The position numbers and the translations under genes were made by a program. Source: Lingula anatina (taxonomy: Eukaryota; Animalia; Brachiopoda). Taken from it: a stretch of 64,000 nt of DNA. The notes under the pieces are model-generated. The model did not search any database, was not told the DNA's origin, and was given only the letters and a program-made list of their open reading frames with translations. Shown one piece after another: positions 24,211 through 36,500 of this stretch (position 1 is its first letter; each line of letters begins with the position of its first letter). The stretch spans positions 10,168,001-10,232,000 of the forward strand of contig CM120649.1 of assembly GCA_051362555.1 (NCBI GenBank). The letters are read 5' to 3'.

Positions 24211-27200
24211 AACCCAACGCCTGGTTTGATTTTCTGAAAATACAGATTTTTCCCCCTCCCAGCAATATAACTATGGGTCTATCACTGATCAGACACACTA
24301 CTAGTACATCAAAACACCGGGAACCAAAGGAAGTTTATTCTTACCATGCGTCATAACCGCATTTTCACAATTTCAAAAAGACCCGTTTCAATACGTGGGC
24401 AATTCTGCAATAACTTGAGCACATTTTACAATTTCATAAGTGTCATATTTGGATTGCAGTGTTGACAGTTTATTGTAGATTTGCATCTCGTTCATTTTTC
24501 CAAAGAACCCACAATAAAACTCTTGTAGGCATTTTACGTAATGGAGTTGTGACTTATTTTTTTCTAAAGTTAGCTTCATTAAAATCAATATTTGTATCCA
24601 ATTTAACATGAATAAACATGCATTTTCGATTGCATAACAAAGCGTCTTATTACATATTTGCCCACACAAATAATTTTACAATAAGACATTAAATCGGTCG
24701 CACTAGCACAGTGCTCTACCTGCACATCACTTAATGATAAATTTGCAATTAATTTTGTTTTCATAGATCGATTAAGCAAGGGATTTTTTTGTTTTGTTTT
24801 AGGATAACTTCAAAAGTGTCGTTTCAGATTCGAAAACTGGTTGGTATGTGTGCTGATAGAGTGCTGTATTACAGCTTATTTACATATGTATAATAATATA
24901 CCAGCGACGTGCAAGGTTGACGCTTGGATTTAGTCCATTTTATTAGAAGTTTCATGAATAAACCACTCGTTACACGCTGCACTTCATTTGATACACGGTC
25001 TGATGCAGAATATTACAACCCAAAGCAATCATAACATTTCAAACTAAATCAAATGTCAACCCTGCAAGTTGACTATACAACAAACACAAGACAAAGTTGA
25101 CATGGGTGCGGGCGCTGGCGAACACGAATCTGATGTCTTTGCTGGGAGTGCGTCCAATTTCATCGTAAGACGGTTGTTACATGACACTGAAAGTAAATGA
25201 AAAATGAAATAAATTATACGAAATCCACATGCAAGAAACTATAGCTAATAATTTTTAAAGTGAAATATAATCTTTACACCGATCCATTTCAGTATGCATT
25301 AAGGACACAGAAATCATATCATAAGAATAGCTATATACTAGGTAAATTGAATCTACACGTTCTATACAATAGTATACTTTATAACGACGTTACTATTACT
25401 TGCCCTGTACACACTGTTACACGTCAACATACTAATCTTTATTTTTTCTATCTTTGCTAAGCCATATCCCTCCACGAGGAGTATTTTGATGGAGACTGCA
25501 TATAATATTTGCCCACATAGATAATTTTACCATAAAAACAAAACCGGCCGTAAAAACTTTATATATTTGCGGAATTAAAAGTAGATAAATGTAAACATTT
25601 GACAGAAAGCCTAGTTTTGATCATGATAATTCAGGATTTTGTAAATGCGGGGACCGGGGCTACAATGTAGCAATATTAAATTGCCTCGGTTCTGTAGGAT
25701 AACATAAAACACTGGTCAATGACAATTAACATGTGGTTTACAGAGCACAAGGATGCAGAAAGTGTTTGGTTTTTCTCTTGCTTTATTTATACATTATATT
25801 GCTTATTTTGTGAGTAGTCTGACATAAATTCAACATTTTATTGCTACATGTGATTATTAAAACCACTTCACTTTTATAGACAGAAAAAGAATGATTTTAC
25901 CAATTACTTTATTCCGATTAACCCACTTAAATAATTTCGTAATCCGAACGCTAGCATTTTAGCTCAATTTCTTTTTAAATCAGATACTTTGTTCGAGCAT
26001 TTTATTCCAGATTGTAATATAAAGGATGGTATGAAATTGAAATCATGAAAATTGAAGTCAACGGAGGTTGACAGTGCTCAGCAAATAAATATACGTTCGC
26101 TTTCCTGGTCGCGGCTAGTTCTGTAGAAAACCACCGGTTTATTGTTAATAAACAGTATATATTTGTACAAGCCGCTGTTATAAGATGAAAAAGGCACCCA
26201 TTGGGAGCTGAGAAAGTACCGGTAGTTACCTGCTTTGTCATCTTGCTTCGTTTAAGACGGAATGAGTTCAGACCTTTGGACGACTGGAATAATCTTCTCA
26301 CTTCTTTATGAACAAATGCTTTCCTTCTGGAAAAAGCAACATAAGAAGTTATTTAACTTTTCAAACTCATTTGGACATTTATGTCAATAAAATATATCCA
26401 AGAGCCATTATACCTGAACTGAAGAGGGATATGCATACTTTCTGATAAAATATCGTCAACATAAACCGATCAGTGTTGCCTTATATCATGTACACAGCAC
26501 TTACAACAAACTACATCAGATCTCAGTGCCAAAATTTCAGTCTACGTGTGGTAATCGTGGCAATGTGGCACATGAAGCTTCTTCCTCTTCCTACTGACCT
26601 TGGTCCTATCTGAATACCTCTCACCAAAATGCTCACCTGGTTTACGTAATCATATCACTGTCGCGAGATTGTGTTAGAGAAGACACTTAAACGCAATATA
26701 AAACGTTATCATCAGGTTATTGTACAAACAAACCATCTTTTGTCCATAGACTTTCACCCCAAATGAATGAGGTTATTATTATTAACCGAATAACGCATCC
26801 CAATTAAAACATGCTGTCGCCTATTGCTATAGCACTGTAAATATTTAACACTAGAGTTGTGGCGACTAAGGTTTGTACAGGTATTTCTAACATTTTTATT
26901 TTCTAAAAAAGTGCTTTTTCTTTTAAAGATGCATAACAAGCGAGAAAGCCGCTCTGTACATTCCCTGTAACACATACAAATTACTACAACCAACTTCTTA
27001 CACAACTGAAACAAAGGAACCTTAAATGAAATTAACCAGTCGATCAGCCGAACAAAAGCTTTAAAATTGCACCTTTATTATATTTCTGGTCGCAAACTTG
27101 ATACGTTCCTCTAGCTCTGAAACCCGAGTAGTTTCTTGAATTTATACTATATGAAACTATACATGGTGGCATTTGGTCTAGTTTATTGGCAATAACTTGA

Positions 27201-28039
27201 CAAGTTTAGAAAAAATCTGACTAGGTACGGTTAACCTTTCAGTATATTAGTAGAAATATGAAGTGAATATCATCATGAAAATAGTAAAAATGCATTATAT
27301 ACTGTGTTTTTATCTTTTGGCGATAATTTTCAAATTAGCAAAGCCAAGATTATGATAGTAGGAGTCATGTTTAATTTACCATAATCCTAGATTTCATGAC
27401 TGTTTTTGATACATCCTGAAAATAATCTTTAATTTTAGTGGTGGGCATGGCTTTGCATAAGTGATGATTTAGTGAATGAATTTAAAGGGTTCATTAGTCT
27501 TTTTTTCTATTAGAGGTTGTTAAACTTATATTGCCCTTGACTTTTTGTCATACTTTGAGTGAGGTAAACACCATTGTTTGTTAGAAAAATAAACTTTATA
27601 ACTAGCTTTTCGTAATGTAATTGATAGGTTGTTGGACTAATTTGGCAGTTTGTTTTCGAAGCAAAAGCTAAAACCGCATATGCCCAAATCTGAATAGATT
27701 TTAATTTGGCCTAGAGTGATTTAAAATCTGGATGGATTTCTATCTGGCCTGCGGCATAAATATAGCTCATATGACAATATAATTATATTAAAACATTGAT
27801 TCTTTCTAATTGACGGTTATAAAAGTAAAATGTGTATTGAAGTATTTTGTTTGTATAATTGTCAGTGGCAGTGCATGCATCTTGTATTGGTGCATATTAA
27901 ACACTTTTTAAATGATGAGTTTTTTACACACTAAAATAGCATAATCCTGAAGAAATTTAGTTTGCTGTGCACTCAACATACACAACTTATATTAAAATTT
28001 TAAAGTTTCCTGTACATTTGTGGCAAACTCCTGATCAAA

Positions 28040-28265
28040 TTTTACTGCACACTGTCCTCATGCTTCTGTTGAAATACCAAGTCTCTTGCATACTCTCTGC
28101 ACACCGTTTGTAGTCATGGAAGTGTGCTGCAGGTGTGCAGCAAGATTTTTACTGCACACTTCTGCACGCTCCCCACAGCTGTCTACTGCACACTCTAGAG
28201 TGTGCTGTACATCTGCAGTAAATTTGCAGCACATGTGCTGCACACTTTTTAAATTTTGCTAAGGG
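28040..28265. mobile_element. Terminus of a CACTA/EnSpm-like element with subterminal repeats
   Basis: Many direct and inverted ctgcacac/gtgtgcag motifs ending in ttttgctaaggg (CCC terminus on - strand); partner terminus not found. Confidence 0.45.
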
Positions 28266-28559
28266 TTACTAATCTATGTATTTCTGTCATGGTAAATCTT
28301 AATTATTTGATTTATATGTAAAATATGCTTATAATTTATTGTCACGTCCCTATTAATGCTGTTTATCAAGTACCGGGTACTCTACATGCATTGTCACTAC
28401 AATGTTAAACAAATTTTTAAAATAATAATAATTCCAAAATTGAAGAAATGGTTGATTTACAAAGATTTATTGTGAAACAAGTTTTCCTTTGCTCAGTACA
28501 AATACAAACAATGTCTATACATTAGAATTAGTTGTTCAGGAATGAACTATATACAATAT

Positions 28560-29130
28560 ACAGGTAAATTGAATACAGCAATCTAAGGGCACAAACAGAC
28601 ATCCAATTAATATCAAACATTTGAAAACATATTGCCTTTCCCACCTGATAGTGTAAAGCAAGATCAAGGCAAATGTTTATTAGTCCTTTGGTTTGTACTA
28701 GTGGTTTGTTGTATTCAGTCTCTGTTTATGCTGTCCTTGGTATAGAGTGATCAGTCTTAAAAGATTTCCAAACAGCAGTGGTTACTGTATATAGTTTGTA
28801 TCCAACACCTCACACATAATGTCCATAATATCCTTTGCACTGCCATGATTAATAAAGAGAGTATTCAAATCCATTCCATAAATACATTCCTTTTGACATT
28901 AACACTTCCATCAAGGTCATAAATATACAGATTGGCCTGTGCTGAATTGCATATATTTGCAGCAATTGTACCAACTGAAGTATATGATAGACCTCTTGTT
29001 GAGCAGGTATTTTAACTTTAAAGTAGATACTGGAACCACATTGCGAATGGTTGAACACACTTTTTTACTGTTCAGATTACATATTACAAAGAGAATCTAT
29101 GCATGTCAAATCCCAGACAGTTTGGCTTTA
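28560..29130 (-). pseudogene. Possible heavily decayed EnSpm-type transposase C-terminal fragment
   Basis: Fragmentary minus-strand translation (STLKLKYLLNKRSII..FSTGQSVYL..KC*CQKEC..GKAICF) loosely resembles EnSpm C-termini; many disruptions. Confidence 0.25.
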
Positions 29131-29815
29131 AAACATCCCAATGAACTTATTTTCCAAGTGAAAATTAATTACTGTGGTTACTAGTTCTAAGTAAAATAGT
29201 GTAAGCTAAATTAAAAATATTTTTCACACTAGACCTACAATTATTATTATTATCCACATATCAATACATCTACATGATTCCTGTAATAATAAGAGTTGGA
29301 GCCAACTGTGTTGGACCTATAACACAGTTTTAACATTGCTTACAAGGCAAAAGTAATATCTGAATTTTCTGATATAAATTTAAAGCTACAGGCGGACAAA
29401 AATAAAATCTCTAAATCACATAAGAGAGTGATCATGACCATTTAAAACCTAAAAATCTAAACAAAAAAAAAAAAAAAAAAACACTTTGGCTTGGTCATGG
29501 TGTTTTCCAAACCTCTGAAAAGGACAAAACAATTGGTTATGTTGGTACACTACAAAAATTATGTCAGGGGACAGGGTGTGAATTCTTTAACTACACATTT
29601 GTTGTATTACCACTACCAAGCAACGTTCAGTAAAACCTACATGCAATATCCTAACTTGAAACTGTTCAGCTAATATTTTCAGTATATCAAGAAGCAATTA
29701 ACAATTAGTTACCATACGATTTAGTGAAAGGTTTTCTATTCATAAATTCTATTGTTACAGTATGCAATTATGCAAGGAGGAATGTAGCCTTACTTTAACT
29801 ACATCAGCAAACTTA

Positions 29816-30062
29816 GGGACCATTCCCACAGATATTTGGATCGATCTATCTCCCTGGGGAATCTCACTAAATTGCTATCAAACTAACCAGCTTAAACGTC
29901 TGTCACGCCTAGTAAAACTGTTAGGGGGTAATTACCTTTACCCCTAGCTGATTCGGTAAGTGTGACAGACATTTAAGCCTCTTGAGCTGACTGCAATTTA
30001 GCGTGAATCCCCAGGAAGTTAGGTCGATCCAGATAGATCGATCTAAGTATGGGAACCCAGTC
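29816..30062. mobile_element. PIF/Harbinger-like MITE with TTA TSD
   Basis: Ends gggaccattcccacag..gatcgatctatc / gatagatcgatctaagtatgggaacccagtc; TTA on both sides; same family as 13519-13743. Confidence 0.75.
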
Positions 30063-30886
30063 TTAGCCTAGATGGAGTCATGCATAGATGGAATAAGTAA
30101 CTAACCTTCTGTGTATGGTTTCAAGTGAATATAACTAAGGCACCTTGGTTTTAAGCTCTTTCCCTTCCATTCTGCTTCTGGTCCATTTTTTTTTTTACCC
30201 TAGAAGTATTACATGTATTATGAGAATTGTATGCAAGCAAGCCACAGTGGTACTATAGAGCTTTGATAATGTATATTTTGACATGCTGAATTGCTAGCTA
30301 CATTTTATTATGCACCCACCCCCAATATACTACTAATATCTGTATCTTTAAGTCAAAATTAAGAAATAACAACTGTTTGTATGCAATTAATATTTCACAA
30401 TAAAAACATTGTAAATATTTCCTAGAATTATAATGAATAACACTTTACCACCAAAACAGTGATTATTACTATTATTCTTGAATCTGTGCTTGCCATCTGA
30501 CGAGATGGACCTTCATGATATGATTCTTACAAAAAACATGGACTATACTAACTTTTGAATGTCAGAATGGAGTCATTAACAGTATAGAAAATTGTTTACC
30601 CTAGGAAAATCTGGTTTTTGGACAAAATGAACAGTTGTTCTTCCTTTGAATTTAATTTTAATCAAAATTGTATGAAATATGACAAAAATATATGCATTGA
30701 ATAAGTGAACAAGTGGATGATGATTATGATTTACCTGTATGGTCCAATCCATTCTGTCTCTAGCTTGCCACTTTTCCACCCAACCTTATGAAAGTTTTTC
30801 TTCAGAACTTTCATTCCCCATTCTAATTGAAATACTACCACATTCTTTCCTTCCTTTGCCTCATACTATCTCTTGTTCTTTGGACG

Positions 30887-31046
30887 ATAATTTTGACAAA
30901 TCTTGTCAAATATTTCTGAAATTTTTACAAATGATACTTAACAACAATAAAAATATGTGATAAGCTGATCAGTTGACCGTGTCTGATGAAAAGTATTTTC
31001 TTTGGACGATATATTTGAGAAAACTGAAAATTACAATGAAAACACG
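30887..31046 (+). repeat. Partial satellite monomer
   Basis: ataattttgacaaatcttgtcaaatatttctgaaattttt..gtgataagctgatcagttgac..aaaacac matches the ~194 bp monomer. Confidence 0.88.
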
Positions 31047-33546
31047 GATGTACCCAAATATAGCTAAAAATCGTCATTTTTGGTTTTTTATGTCATATTA
31101 TTGGTTAAGTGTGTATCTAACGTTTAACAGAATAAAATTTTACATTTTGAACAAAAAAAAAATTTTTTTTTCTGAGGGTTCTGATGCTGCACACATCGGC
31201 ACCGGTGGCCTGGTCTATGCCCCGCCTTCGTTGTCAAGGGCCGTTGGCATGGGTAAACTCGGTGGGCGGACCTCAGCTGCATCAGCCCGACTCGAGAAAC
31301 AATAGAACAGGGATGCGTCATACCCCCTTTGTCATAAACAGCGATCGGCAAAGCAGTGTCTATTGTTCCGCTTAAGCTGTTTTGATAGTCGCTCTTGATT
31401 GTGATCAGTGCTAAGATGAATCTTTTCCGACACATTGGATTTGCTCGAAATACGTGTTCTCCTTTGAATTGCTTGTTGTTACACGCGCTCTTTCGATTTT
31501 CTTGTTAACTTTTTGACATAAGCAAAAAAAAAAAAAAAAAAAAGAAAATTCCGTTGCTTGCTACCCGTGACAGCAACCGTCATACTATCCATCCATTTTT
31601 GACAACAGCTCAATGCAGTCGTTAGATTTTAAAAATCTACATGGGCGTAACTAGGCATACGCACGGATGCACTGTGTGTACAATTTTTTTAGCCAACCAT
31701 GATATTATTTTATATAAATTTAGTGTATTTTTCACGGAATATAAAAGAAAATCCTCTGCTTATTTAAGTCACCTGTATGTACAAATCCTCTGTATCAATT
31801 GTATAGGCACAATTGTTCTGACCCCCCCCCCTCCCCCCCGTCTTGCAAACTGAGGTATACAATGTCTGTAACCTTAACAAGTTCTATCTTAATCGTCCAT
31901 CTAACTGGAACTTCCTTTACCTGTTAATTGGAGGGTTCAGTGGCCCTCAACTCTTATGTACCTTCTTTCTTGAGAATATCGAACGCATTCTTGCTGGCGA
32001 TATTTATCTCAGGCAAAAATCTGCCTGAGTGTTATTTTCAAAGAGCAGCTCCCGCAACCCTGGGGGCACTAGATAAAATCTGGACGCCAGGTTTAAGAAG
32101 GAGCTAGAGAAACAAAGGAAGAATTTTTCCTGCAAAGCTTCAAAGAATTTTGACACGGACTTGACCCAGCTAACCCCTCCAAACTAACAGAGTGACATGG
32201 GGAATTTTTACAAACAAATAATTAAACTTAGATGTATCAGAGCTCTGTCGTGTCGTACAATTGGTTGTCTTTGGGAGCCATGCATCCACATGTAAGGTGA
32301 ATGAAACCGTATGTTAGTTCAACTCAGAGGTGGATCCAGGATTATTCGAAGGGGGTTCCACATATGCAAAGCTAGCCTCCTTTTAAATAAATTTACCGTT
32401 CTGGGTAATAAGAATATTGAAACTTTTTTAATTGCGAGAATATTTCTGACTAAATGATGATTTTATTATTAATGGAAATTAAGCTGCGATGTGTGGTACA
32501 TATGCTGTAATTACGCTGTCCTTCATCTCTTGCGTTAGTCTACATTTTGCTGGGAATTTAAAAAATCTGTGCGTACAATTTTAAAGGTCTGGTTACGCCC
32601 CTGAATCTATGCAACTTGGGCAATTTGATCCGATCAGCGTCCTGTAACACGACCGTGTTTTCGAACCATTTTTGCTTGGCGAATGTGGACAAGACCGCCT
32701 GCGATGCTGCTATTGTGTGCACATCCTAGAGCGCATCCCTTACACTTGCCCCGACGGCAATTGACGTGGCCACTGATTGCTTGAGTCATTAGGGCTTACT
32801 TGATTGCCTGTCAATCATTCTGGCAGTGCTAGCAGTAACCCCTTGAAGTTACTAACAGGAGGTGAGATTGATACAAAAATAAGATTTTCTGACATCCAAA
32901 TGCATGCAAACAAGTTCATTTCAACCGGCAATAGAGTACTCATCTTCGCGATTGTCAGAACGATAACAGGTAAAGCTGCCAAAAATTTAATTTGCTAATT
33001 TGGACAATTAACCTCCCTGAAAGGGTTTTTGCTCGTTTTCTTTGCTTTCAATATTGACGAGATAGCATTATCTTAGTAAGCTATAACTGTCTACCTGTAC
33101 ACCTGAGGGTGACCAAATTCACCATGCTAATTATGAAAAGTATGCACTAAAAGTGCTTTTTAAGAAATTTTGATTGATCCTCTCTTTTCTAAATTATAGA
33201 CTTTGAAAGTGAAAATTCCCTAATATTTTGATGTAATTTCATGTTTTTATAGATAAAATCAACAATAAGTGTCTGAAGAAAAATCCCTGACTCCATGCTG
33301 TAGTACTTTGTTCAAGTGTTATAATGCCATCAAAAGCAAGTTTATAGCTGTCCAGGTGCCTGAGAAAATCAGGTGTATAAAAATGGTGTTTTTGTCCCCA
33401 AAATCCCAATATTACGTCACACGATGAAGTTGGATCTGTGTTCCAAGCATTATTAGATATTTTGAAGATACATTAAATGAATGTGACAGGAATAAAAAAG
33501 CCCAGACCTTTATTTTAAGAGAAAACCTCAAACCTACATTCCCCCC
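31047..33546. mobile_element. Left-truncated TTAA-targeting DNA transposon remnant (Kolobok-like) inserted in the satellite
   Basis: Right end cctacattcccccc|TTAA where the TTAA is the satellite's own gacTTAAaatag site; purine-rich terminus (GGGGGGAATG on - strand); left terminus missing; decayed GC-richer internal blocks. Confidence 0.45.
31640..32603. mobile_element. hAT-like non-autonomous element with 6-bp TSD, nested in the Kolobok-like remnant
   Basis: TIRs catgggcgtaactag / ctggttacgcccctg; AATCTA immediately on both sides (31634-31639, 32604-32609). Confidence 0.68.
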
Positions 33547-36500
33547 TTAAAATAGTTAAACGTTAATAATTTTGTCAAATCTTGTCAAATATTTCTGAAA
33601 TTTTTACAAATGATACTTAACAACAATAAAAATCTGTCATAAGCCGATCAGTTGACTGTGTCTAATGAAAAGTATTTTCTTTGGACTATATATTTGAGAA
33701 AACTGAAAATTACACTGAAAACACTGGCGAATTCCATGATTTAAAATAGTTAAACGTTAATAATTTTGACAAATCTTGTCCAATGCTTCTGAAATCTGTA
33801 CAAATGATGCTTAACAACAATAAAAGTCTGTGATAAGCTGATCAGTTGTCTGTGTCTTTTTTTAAGTGTCAAGTTTATTGGAAATTGATAATCAGAAGTG
33901 TGAGAATTATCCAAAACAAATATTTCAATATTGCAATGTATTATTTACTATCGAAGCTAGAAATGGCATATGTGATGACTTGAGTTTGTTTGTGTAGAAG
34001 GTTGCAAATTACCTGTAACTGTCATCTGGAAAGCAATACATACCCATACAAGACTTCTCCTTACTATCAATGCCAGATGCAGACTACTCCTCACAATGGG
34101 TTTCTGGAATGGGTTGCTGTTAGCACAATATATTTGACAATGCACTAAATCTTGCCACATATCATGTATTGAACACATGAATAAGACAGAGTGCTGCTCT
34201 TGATGCTGTCTTAAACTTCACTTCCTTCCTTTTTCATGGTAAAGGTACTCTGGAAAAAGAACAATATAACTGAAAAACTGTAAATTACATTGAAAACACT
34301 GGCAAATTCCATGACTTAAAATAGTTAAATGTTAATAATTTTGACAAATCTTGTCCAATGTTTCTGAATTTGCACAAATGATGCTTAACAACAATAAAAA
34401 TCTGTGATAAGCTGATCAGTTGACTGTGTCTAACGAAAAGTATTTTCTTTGGACAATATATTTGAGAAAACTGAAAATAGCACTGAAAACACTGGCAAAT
34501 TCCATGATTTAAAATAGTTAAAGGTTAATAATATTGTCAAATCTTGTCCATTATTTCTGATATTTTAACAAATGATGCTTGACATCAATGAAAATCTGTG
34601 ATAATCTGATCAGTTGACTGTGTGTCTAATGAAAAGTATTTTCTATGGACGATATATTTGAGAAAAATGAAAATTAAACTGAAAACACTGGCAAATTCCA
34701 TGACTTAAAATAGTTAAATGTTAATAATTTTGACAAATCTTGTCCAATGTTTCTGAATTTGCACAAATGATGCTTAACAACAATAAAAATCTGTGATAAG
34801 CTGATCAGTTGACTGTGTCTAACGAAAAGTATTTTCTTTGTACAATATATAAGAGAAAACTCAAAATTACACTGAAAAGAAGTTGGCAAATTTCATGACT
34901 TAAAATAGTTAAATGTTAATAATTTTGTCAAATCTCATTCAATGTTTATAAAATCTGTACAAATGATGCTTAACAACAATAAAAGTGTGTTAAAAGCTGA
35001 TCAGTTGTCAGTGTCAAATGAAAAGTGTTCTTTGGGGCAATATATTTTGGAAAACAAAAAACTACCACAAAAACACTGGCAAATTCCATGGCTCAAAATA
35101 GTTAAACGTTAATAATTTTGTCAAATCTTGTCCAATACTTATGAAATTTGCACAAAAGATGCTAAACAACAATAAAAATCTGTGATAAGCTAATCAGTTG
35201 ACTGTGTTTTTTTAAGTGCCAAGTTTATTGAAAATTGATAATAAGAAGTGTGAGAATTGACCAAAACAAATATTTCAATATTGCAATGTATTATTTGCTA
35301 TCAAAGAAAACAGCAAATGTGATGATTTGAGTTTGTTTGTGTAGGAAGTTGCAAGTTTATTACAGCTGTCATCTGGAAAACAATATATACCCATACAAGA
35401 CTCCTCCTTACTATCAATGTCAGATGCAGATTACTCCTTACAATGGGTTTCTGGAATGGATTGTTGTTAGCACAATATTTGACAATGTCCCAAATCTTGC
35501 CACATGTCATGTATTGTACAAATGGATAAGACATAGTTCTGCTCTTGCTGCTGTCTTTCACTGCCTGCTTTTTCATGGTAAGGGTACTCTGGAAAGAAAG
35601 AACAATAAACTTCAGAAAACTAGAAATTACATTGAAAAAACTGGCAAAACCCATGACTTAAAATAGTTAAACGCTAATAATTTTGCCAAATCTCATCCAA
35701 TGTTTCTGAAATCTGTACAAATGATGCTTGACAACAATAAAAGTCTCTGAAAAGCTGATCAGTTGTCAATGTCAAATGAAAAGTGTTCTTTGGGGCAATA
35801 TATTTTGGAAAACAGAAAACTACCACAAAAACACTGGCAAATTCCATGGCTCAAAATAGTTAAACGTTAATAATTTTGTCAAATCTTGTCCAATACTTCT
35901 GAAATTTGCACAAAAGATGCTTAACAACAATAAAAATCTGTGATAAGCTGATCAGTTGACTGTGTCTAACGAAAAGTATTTTCTTTGGACAATATATTTG
36001 AGAAAACTGAAAATAGCACTGAAAACACTGGCAAATTCCATGATTTAAAATAGTTAAAGGTTAATAATTTTGTCAAATCTTGTCCAATATTTCTGATATT
36101 TTAACAAATGATGCTTGACATCAATGAAAATCTGTGATAATCTGATCAGTTGACTGTGTGTCTAATGAAAAGTATTTTCTATGGACGATATATTTGAGAA
36201 AAATGAAAATTAAACTGAAAACACTGGCAAATTCCATGACTTAAAATAGTTAAATGTTAATAATTTTGACAAATCTTGTCCAATGTTTCTGAATTTGCAC
36301 AAATGATGCTTAACAACAATAAAAATCTGTGATAAGCTGATCAGTTGACTGTGTCTAACGAAAAGTATTTTCTTTGTACAATATATAAGAGAAAACTCAA
36401 AATTACACTGAAAAGAAGTTGGCAAATTTCATGACTTAAAATAGTTAAATGTTAATAATTTTGTCAAATCTCATTCAATGTTTATAAAATCTGTACAAAT

